Assembly (NCBI RefSeq): GCF_000175255.2
Contig: NC_017262.1
Location: 930,001 to 962,000 of the forward strand
From: Zymomonas mobilis subsp. mobilis ATCC 10988
GTDB lineage: Bacteria > Pseudomonadota > Alphaproteobacteria > Sphingomonadales > Sphingomonadaceae
DNA length: 32,000 bases
Reading direction: 5' to 3'
How positions within the stretch are numbered: the stretch's first letter is position 1; every line of letters starts with the position of its first letter. This document shows, in pieces, positions 25,589 through 32,000 of the stretch. A program made the position numbers and the translations under genes. The notes beneath the pieces are model-generated. The model worked only from the letters and a program-made list of their open reading frames with translations, was not told where the DNA came from and did no database searches.

Positions 25589-27732
25589 TGGGGCAGGGTG
25601 GAGAAGAAAAACGCCAATCCCTTCTTTTATGGGAAGCCTGGCTGGATGCCATGATTGCGATTGCCCGTCATTATACCCTTCCGGTTTCAGTCGAGCATGT
25701 TCGGAATATCATGTCATGGGATAAGGCCGAATCTGATGAAGGTCGCCTATCCGTTATGGCGCGTCATTTAGGTTTGGGATTCCGTTTGGAATCCGGCGAG
25801 AAAGCCGAAGGTGCCGTGCGTTCGGGTGTCGCGTTACCCTTTATTGCCCATTGGGATGATGGCCGTATTGGTTGTGTGATGACCAATGATGGTGACGGGC
25901 ATTTAGCGGTTCGCTTTTCGGGCGAAGGCGATCTGGAAACGCCGGTTGAAATTGACTGGTTAGCCGATCACGTTATTGAAATCGCTTATTTGCGGCCATT
26001 GCGCTCTATACCCGATGGGCGGGTCGATGATTATATCCAGCCTTATCGTCCCCATTGGTTCCGCCGTTTGGCCTTGGCTGATTGGCGACGTTTCGGGGAA
26101 GTTATTGTCGCCTCGCTTTTTATCAACCTTTTGGCTTTGTCTTCGACTCTGTTTTCAATGCAGATTTACGATCGCGTTGTGCCTGCCCAATCAGAGCCAA
26201 CCTTATGGGTTTTGTTTTCGGGCGTGATGATGGCGGTCTTTTTCGGATTACTGTTAAAGGTTGCCCGCACCCGATTATTGGATGTGATCGGGAAAAAAGC
26301 CGATTTGCGGATTTCAGAGCATGTCTTTGGTCATGCGATCCGTCTGGTTTACGATGCCCGTCCGAAAGTCGCCGGTAGTTTTATTGCCCAGCTTCGCGAA
26401 TTGGAACATGTCCGCGAATTATTGACCGCGACCAGTATCGCCATGATTACCGATCTACCCTTCTTTTGCCTATTTTTAGGTATTTTATGGATGGTTGGCG
26501 GTAATTTGATTTGGGTGGCGTTGGCCGCTGTGCCTTTGTTGCTTATCCCCGGTATTCTGGTGCAATATCCGCTTGCCCGCCTGTCACAACAGGGAATGCG
26601 TGAATCCGCTTTACGCAATGCTTTGCTGATCGAAGCGGTTGATGGTTTTGAAGATATTAAATTGATGCGTGCCGAACCTCGTTTTGAAAGACGGTGGAAT
26701 CATGTCCATTCGGTGGCCGCCTCCATTGCCATGCGGCAGCGTTTCTATACCGGATTGATGGTGACATGGAGTCAGGAAATCCAAACCATCATTTATGCCC
26801 TGATTTTATTGGTCGGCTGTTTCCAAGTCATGAAGGGAACGATGACAACGGGTGCTTTGGTCGGATGTTCTATTTTGACTTCCCGCATGATTGCCCCTTT
26901 GGCACAATTAGCGGGTTTCTTTTTGCGTTTTCAACAAGCACGCGTTGCCCGTGAAGGGCTGGATTCTTTGATGAGCCGTCCGGCAGATCGTGCGGATCAG
27001 GCGCAATTAGTGCAATTACCCAGCATTCGCGGGCAATATCAATTTGAAGGCGTTCGTTTCCTGCATGACCCAAAATCGGGACGACCTGATCTCGATATTC
27101 CTAAGCTGGTTATCCGTCCCGGTGAAAAAATCGCCTTATTAGGTCGGAATGGCGCGGGTAAATCGACCTTTCTGCGGATGTTATCTGGCCTCCATCAGCC
27201 TTCCAATGGCCGGATTATGTTAGATGGTATCGCTTTACCGACGATAGATCCCGCGGATTTGCGGCGTGACATTGGCTTGATGACCCAAGAAGCCAAAATC
27301 TTTTATGGTAGTTTGCGCGATAACCTGACCATGGGCGCGCCTTTGGCGAGTGATAGTCAGGTTTTGGCGGCTTTGGATATGGTTGGATTGAAAACCATTT
27401 TGGATCAGCGAGCCGATGGCCTCGATATGTTATTGAAAGAGGGCGGTGGTGAATTATCCAGAGGACAACGCCAATCAATCCTTTTAGCGCGTTTGATTTT
27501 ATCAGAGCCTTCTGTCGTTTTATTGGATGAGCCGACCGCTCATTTTGATGAAATGTCAGAGCATCATCTGATTAACAATCTGACCCCTTGGGTGAAAACC
27601 CGCAGCTTGATCGTGGCAACCCATCGTCAAAGTATTTTGCGCTGGGTCAATCGTATTATCATCCTTGATAAAGGCCATATCGTTATGGACGGTGATCGGG
27701 ATTCTGTTCTGAAAAGGCTGACCAATGGCTAA
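25585..27732 (+). CDS. T1SS ABC transporter (permease/ATPase) with N-terminal C39-like domain
   Basis: The ORF is 715 aa. The N-terminal ~135 aa resemble a C39 peptidase fold but lack the catalytic Cys position (WLDAMIAIARHY). A six-TM region follows. The Walker A is GRNGAGKST (27142-27168), the signature is LSRGQ (27454-27468), the Walker B is VVLLDEPT (27514-27537) and the H-loop is ATHR. The start ATG overlaps the TolC stop as ATGA. Confidence 0.93.
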   Translation: MMGQGGEEKRQSLLLWEAWLDAMIAIARHYTLPVSVEHVRNIMSWDKAESDEGRLSVMARHLGLGFRLESGEKAEGAVRSGVALPFIAHWDDGRIGCVMTNDGDGHLAVRFSGEGDLETPVEIDWLADHVIEIAYLRPLRSIPDGRVDDYIQPYRPHWFRRLALADWRRFGEVIVASLFINLLALSSTLFSMQIYDRVVPAQSEPTLWVLFSGVMMAVFFGLLLKVARTRLLDVIGKKADLRISEHVFGHAIRLVYDARPKVAGSFIAQLRELEHVRELLTATSIAMITDLPFFCLFLGILWMVGGNLIWVALAAVPLLLIPGILVQYPLARLSQQGMRESALRNALLIEAVDGFEDIKLMRAEPRFERRWNHVHSVAASIAMRQRFYTGLMVTWSQEIQTIIYALILLVGCFQVMKGTMTTGALVGCSILTSRMIAPLAQLAGFFLRFQQARVAREGLDSLMSRPADRADQAQLVQLPSIRGQYQFEGVRFLHDPKSGRPDLDIPKLVIRPGEKIALLGRNGAGKSTFLRMLSGLHQPSNGRIMLDGIALPTIDPADLRRDIGLMTQEAKIFYGSLRDNLTMGAPLASDSQVLAALDMVGLKTILDQRADGLDMLLKEGGGELSRGQRQSILLARLILSEPSVVLLDEPTAHFDEMSEHHLINNLTPWVKTRSLIVATHRQSILRWVNRIIILDKGHIVMDGDRDSVLKRLTNG

Positions 27733-28906
27733 CCTTTCCTTGTCCACCCAGAGCATGGTCGATGATCGTGACCCTTTGCATCTTCCAGCACGGATTGTCT
27801 GGATCGTTGTGGTGATGTTGCTGTGCTTTTTTATTTGGGCAGCCTGCTTTACGCTTGAAGAAGTTTCAACCGGAACAGGGAAGGTGGTGCCTTCCTCGCA
27901 TGAACAGACCATCCAATCTTTGGAAGGTGGAATCCTTGTTCGCTTGAATGTCAAAGAGGGCGATATTGTTCAGGCCGGACAAATGTTGGCGCAGCTTGAT
28001 CGCACCCGCACCCAATCTTCGGTTGAAGAAACGGCTGCGCGTGCTGTGGCCGCAGAAGCAACGGCGGCTCGGTTGCGGGCAGAGGTGAATAATACCCCGA
28101 TTTCCTTTCCCGATTCTGTGAGAGCCTATCCTGCTTTGGTAAAATCAGAGACTGATCTTTATCGTTCTCGCCGCAATAGTTTGGCTATGGGATTGAGCGA
28201 TCTTCATCAGCAATTGGCTTTGATTAAAAATGAATTGACGATGACCGAGCCACTGGTGGCAAGGGGGGCGGCTAGTGATGTCGAGGTTTTGCGTTTGAAA
28301 CGGCAGGTAAGCGAAATCGACACTCGCGCCGATGATATGCAAAATCAATATATGGTGAAGGCCAGAGAAGACCTTGAAAAAGCCGAGGCAGAGGCGAAAG
28401 CCCAGCAATCGGTTACGAAAGGGCGTTCTGATATGTTAGATCGCTTGACCTTTACTTCGCCCGTAAGGGGCATCGTTAAGGATATCGAAGTTACCACGAA
28501 AGGCGGCGTTATTCCGCCTAATGGTCGTTTGATGACGATTGTGCCTTTGGATGAACAATTATTGGTCGAGGCACGGATATCACCTCGGGATATTGCTTTT
28601 ATTCATCCCGGTCAGCGGGCAACCGTCAAATTGACCGTTTATGATTACGCTATTTATGGGGGCTTGCCTGCAAAAGTGACGGTTATCTCGCCGGATACCG
28701 TGCAGGATGATGTCAGGAAAGATAGCTATTATTATCGCGTCTGGGTACGCACGGATTCTGATCATCTAACCAATAAATCTGGCCATAAATTTCCTATTGT
28801 TCCCGGTATGGTAGCAACAATTGATATTCATACAGGATCAAAAACGGTTCTTGAATATTTAGTAAAGCCGCTGAATCGCGCAAAAGAAGCCTTGAGAGAA
28901 AGATAA
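27725..28906 (+). CDS. HlyD-family T1SS membrane fusion (periplasmic adaptor) protein
   Basis: The ORF is 393 aa with an N-terminal TM helix (IVWIVVVMLLCFFIWAACF). The lipoyl-like motif is GKVVPSSHEQTIQSLEGGILVRLNVKEGDIVQAGQMLAQLD, followed by a long coiled coil. The conserved C-terminus is GMVATIDIHTGSKTVLEYLVKPL. The gene overlaps the ABC gene by 8 nt. Confidence 0.93.
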   Translation: MANLSLSTQSMVDDRDPLHLPARIVWIVVVMLLCFFIWAACFTLEEVSTGTGKVVPSSHEQTIQSLEGGILVRLNVKEGDIVQAGQMLAQLDRTRTQSSVEETAARAVAAEATAARLRAEVNNTPISFPDSVRAYPALVKSETDLYRSRRNSLAMGLSDLHQQLALIKNELTMTEPLVARGAASDVEVLRLKRQVSEIDTRADDMQNQYMVKAREDLEKAEAEAKAQQSVTKGRSDMLDRLTFTSPVRGIVKDIEVTTKGGVIPPNGRLMTIVPLDEQLLVEARISPRDIAFIHPGQRATVKLTVYDYAIYGGLPAKVTVISPDTVQDDVRKDSYYYRVWVRTDSDHLTNKSGHKFPIVPGMVATIDIHTGSKTVLEYLVKPLNRAKEALRER

Positions 28907-29027
28907 ATACAAGTCGATTATTTTGATCGATAAATGAAAAGATAATTTTCAATTTCAGAAGATCTTGAAACTATGCGTAAGGCTATGGGTTATTAGATTA
29001 AATTTTTGAAAATAAAAGGTCGATATA

Positions 29028-30752
29028 ATGGTGCAGCTTCCTTCTTCTACCCGACATGGGAATGAAACAGAAAATCAGCAATTTCTGGATCATCTTCGTG
29101 AAATCTCGGATCATGTGCTGACTTCTGAAGGTGAGATGCATCATTATTGCACTGGTTTCCGTTTTGGTAGTGGCAAGGTTTTAGCGGTTGTTCGTCCAAC
29201 TTCCTTGGTTGAAATGTGGCATGTCGTTGAAGCCTGTGTTGATGCCGGCAAGATCATCATTATGCAGGCGGCCAATACCGGATTGACCGGCGGATCAACG
29301 CCTGATGGCGATGACTACGATCGCGATATTGTTTTGATTAGTGGTATTGGCATTACCGGTGTGAAACCGATTAACAAAGGTGAGCAGGTTATCTGTTTGC
29401 CCGGCGCAACTTTATATGACCTTGAAACTATCCTTCGTCCCTTGGGACGAGAACCCCATTCGGTGATCGGTTCTTCCTGTATCGGGGCTTCGGTTTTTGG
29501 CGGTGTTTGTAATAATTCCGGCGGCGCGTTGATGCAAAGAGGCCCTGCCTTTACGCAGTTGACCCTTTATGCTCGTATCAATGAACAGGGCAAATTAGAG
29601 TTAGTCAATCATTTGGGGGTTCGTCTGGGTGATGACCCCGAAACAATTTTAAGTCGTGTTGAAAAAGGCGACTATACCGAAGATGATGTTATCAATGACG
29701 AAAGCAAGCATGCTTCCGACTGTGAATATCATAACCATATTCGCGATATTGAGGCAGAGACACCCGCGCGCTTTAATGCTGACCGGTCTCGTCTTTATGA
29801 ATCTTCTGGTAGTGCCGGAAAAGTGGCGGTTTTTGCGGTGCGACTTGATACTTTTCCGCAGCAAAAAAATGCCAAGGTTTTTTATATCGGCACCAATGAT
29901 CCCGATGAATTAACCGAGCTTCGGCGGCAGGTGTTGAAGTCTTTCAAATATTTGCCAATTTCAGGCGAATATATGCATCGCCATGCTTATGATATTGCGG
30001 CGAAATACGGAAAAGATACTTTCTTAGCGATTGAATATCTCGGCACCGATCGCTTACCGCAGCTTTTCGCCATGAAGGGCTGGTTTGATGGTTTAAACAA
30101 CCGTGTCAGTTTCTTGCCGCGTTATTTGAGCGATCGGGTGATGCAATTTGCATCCACTCTGTTCCCGCATCATCTGCCTAAGCGAATGGATGATTTCCGC
30201 GACCGCTATGAACATCATCTGATTTTGAAAGTGTCCGAAGAAGGAACTGAAGAAGCGCGTGTTTTTCTGAAAGACTTTTTCGAAAAAGCAAGCGGTGGTT
30301 ATTTTGAATGTAGCGATGAAGAAGGGAAAAAGGCTTTTCTGCATCGTTTCGCCGCCGCTGGTGCGGCTATCCGCTATCGTGACGTTCATCAGGATGAAGT
30401 CGAAGATATCGTTGCGTTGGATATTGCTTTGCCGCGTAATAACAAGGCGTGGGAAGAGCATCTCCCATCTGAAATTACTGATAAAATCAGCCATATTTTA
30501 TATTATGGCCATTTCTTTTGTCAGGTATTCCATCAGGATTATATCGTCAAAAAAGGTGGAAATTGCGCTGATATCGAACATGCTATGTGGAAAATTTTGG
30601 ACAGCCGTCATGCCGAATATCCAGCAGAACATAATGTCGGGCATCTCTATTACGCCAAAGACAGCCTGAAGACGCATTATCATGAATTAGACCCGACGAA
30701 TTCTTTTAATCCGGGAATTGGTCATACCAGCAAGGCCGCTTATTGGAGATAG
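29028..30752 (+). CDS. dld: Quinone-dependent (respiratory, FAD) D-lactate dehydrogenase
   Basis: The ORF is 574 aa and appears colinear with E. coli Dld as I recall it. Shared segments are IIMQAANTGLTGGSTP, GREPHSVIGSSCIGASV, PARFNADRSRLYESSG, FLHRFAAAGAAIRY, YPAEHNVGHLY and DPTNSFNPGIG. Confidence 0.95.
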   Translation: MVQLPSSTRHGNETENQQFLDHLREISDHVLTSEGEMHHYCTGFRFGSGKVLAVVRPTSLVEMWHVVEACVDAGKIIIMQAANTGLTGGSTPDGDDYDRDIVLISGIGITGVKPINKGEQVICLPGATLYDLETILRPLGREPHSVIGSSCIGASVFGGVCNNSGGALMQRGPAFTQLTLYARINEQGKLELVNHLGVRLGDDPETILSRVEKGDYTEDDVINDESKHASDCEYHNHIRDIEAETPARFNADRSRLYESSGSAGKVAVFAVRLDTFPQQKNAKVFYIGTNDPDELTELRRQVLKSFKYLPISGEYMHRHAYDIAAKYGKDTFLAIEYLGTDRLPQLFAMKGWFDGLNNRVSFLPRYLSDRVMQFASTLFPHHLPKRMDDFRDRYEHHLILKVSEEGTEEARVFLKDFFEKASGGYFECSDEEGKKAFLHRFAAAGAAIRYRDVHQDEVEDIVALDIALPRNNKAWEEHLPSEITDKISHILYYGHFFCQVFHQDYIVKKGGNCADIEHAMWKILDSRHAEYPAEHNVGHLYYAKDSLKTHYHELDPTNSFNPGIGHTSKAAYWR

Positions 30753-30974
30753 TTAAGCTGCTATAAATATTATATTTTACAAAATAATGCTTTCTGATTG
30801 ATTTCGGGGAAAAAGGTTATTCCGACCTTTCTTTTCTTTTGCAGTGTTCTGTCAGCCTGAAAATATCTATAATAGCTGTTTTCAGGTTGCCTTTTCCTAA
30901 CGCATGCAACCGAAAACGAGGCTTGGGGTTTAGCCTTGCAAGAATAAAAAGAAGGAAGCGAGAAAGAGAACGGT

Positions 30975-31652
30975 ATGCGCGTTTTAATCGTTGAGGATGA
31001 GCCGACGCTTTCCCGTCAGTTGCGAACAACTTTGGAAGGGGCTGGCTATGCTGTCGATCTGGCGACAGATGGCGAAGATGGCCATTTTCTAGGCTCGAGC
31101 GAAAATTATGATGCCGTCGTCCTTGATCTCGGTTTGCCCGAAGTCGACGGTCTCACCGTTCTTGATCGTTGGCGCAAAGAAGGCCGCGAAATGCCAGTTC
31201 TGGTTCTGACTGCGCGGGATAGCTGGTCTGATAAAGTTGCTGGTCTTGATGCCGGTGCTGATGATTATCTGACCAAGCCTTTCCAGACCGAAGAATTGAT
31301 TGCCCGTTTGCGGGCTTTGATCCGACGGGCTTCCGGTAATGCGTCTTCTGAATTGACGGCAGGTGATGTCCGGCTTGACACTCGTTCCGGCAAAGTGACT
31401 TTGGCGGGTGAGCCTGTCAAATTGACGGCGCAGGAATATAAGCTGCTTTCCTATCTGATGCATCATAAAGGCAAAGTTGTCAGTCGCACCGAAATGATCG
31501 AGCATATTTACGATCAGGATTTTGATCGTGATTCTAATACGATCGAAGTCTTTGTAACCCGTATTCGTAAGAAACTGGGGCAGGATGTTATTACGACTAT
31601 TCGCGGTTTGGGTTATGCTTTGAACGACCCAGAGGATCGGAATAACGGCTGA
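30975..31652 (+). CDS. OmpR/PhoB-family response regulator (REC plus winged-helix DNA-binding domain)
   Basis: The ORF is 225 aa. It contains MRVLIVEDE, DAVVLDLGLPEVDG (acceptor Asp), LVLTARD, DDYLTKPF and the C-terminal segments LTAQEYKLLSYLM...IEVFVTRIRKKL...TIRGLGYAL. Confidence 0.92.
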   Translation: MRVLIVEDEPTLSRQLRTTLEGAGYAVDLATDGEDGHFLGSSENYDAVVLDLGLPEVDGLTVLDRWRKEGREMPVLVLTARDSWSDKVAGLDAGADDYLTKPFQTEELIARLRALIRRASGNASSELTAGDVRLDTRSGKVTLAGEPVKLTAQEYKLLSYLMHHKGKVVSRTEMIEHIYDQDFDRDSNTIEVFVTRIRKKLGQDVITTIRGLGYALNDPEDRNNG

Positions 31653-31654
31653 TT

Positions 31655-32000
31655 ATGGCTTCCGCTTCTTCCCCTAGCGGTGGCCGAAAGTGTTTTTTTA
31701 GTCGTTTCTTTCGCCGGAAAAAAATCGAAAAAAGCGGAAATCTGGTCGGAGAAAATAATAGTCAGGAGCCGGTAATACGTCCTACCGGTTCTTTGACCCG
31801 CCGGTTAATTGCTATTTCGGCTTTGTGGATATTTATCCTGCTATCGGGCGGCGGCGTAACCTTGGATCGGGTGCTGACCCAAGCCGTCACCGATAATTTT
31901 GACAGCCAGCTTGATTATGTTTTGGCGGCGATGATCGCTTCTTCTGAAATTGATCCCGAAGGGGCGGTTCGACTGAATCGGCCTTTGGGTGACCAGCGTT
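31655..32000 (+). CDS. Probable cognate sensor histidine kinase, N-terminal fragment truncated by the window end
   Basis: I translated this by hand from ATG 31655, which lies 2 nt after the regulator stop. The product begins MASASSPSGGRKCFF...LTRRLIAISALWIFILLSGGGVTLDRVL... and has no stop before 32000. It has a basic N-terminus, then a TM helix, then a periplasmic-type segment. The kinase core is not visible. Confidence 0.55.
   Translation, partial: MASASSPSGGRKCFFSRFFRRKKIEKSGNLVGENNSQEPVIRPTGSLTRRLIAISALWIFILLSGGGVTLDRVLTQAVTDNFDSQLDYVLAAMIASSEIDPEGAVRLNRPLGDQR

Overview
This is a chromosomal window from a moderate-GC alphaproteobacterium. The protein signatures, the split F1-only atp operon and the composition fit Zymomonas mobilis or a close sphingomonad relative. 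That assignment is an inference and I ran no search. Positions 1-15200 are housekeeping. They hold tRNA-Tyr(GTA), a SnoaL/NTF2-like protein, a DegP/HtrA protease, the Mrp/ApbC Fe-S carrier and the F1 ATP synthase operon atpHAGDC, whose epsilon subunit is only 88 aa. They also hold a TIGR02001-type outer-membrane beta-barrel, HU, hslVU behind a sigma32-like promoter, rpmG (55 aa, absent from the ORF track), a DivK-like single-domain response regulator and a RidA-family protein. The accessory part is 15466-28906, a tightly coupled four-gene type I secretion operon. It encodes a 2880-aa adhesin-like substrate followed directly by TolC-family, ABC (C39-like domain) and HlyD-family genes. The substrate has a BapA/LapA-type N-terminal retention module, twelve ~104-aa Ig-like repeats, Bap-type Ig domains, an FG-GAP propeller and an RTX/T1SS C-terminal signal. 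Inside the adhesin gene, 4.7 copies of a 312-nt unit are nearly identical. They show a mosaic variant pattern and are much GC-richer than the diverged sister copies. No LapG/LapD-type release genes are present in the window. The right end carries dld (quinone-dependent D-lactate dehydrogenase) and an OmpR-family two-component pair whose kinase is truncated by the window edge. I see no CRISPR array, IS element, integrase or phage genes. All family calls rest on motif recognition by eye, not database searches.
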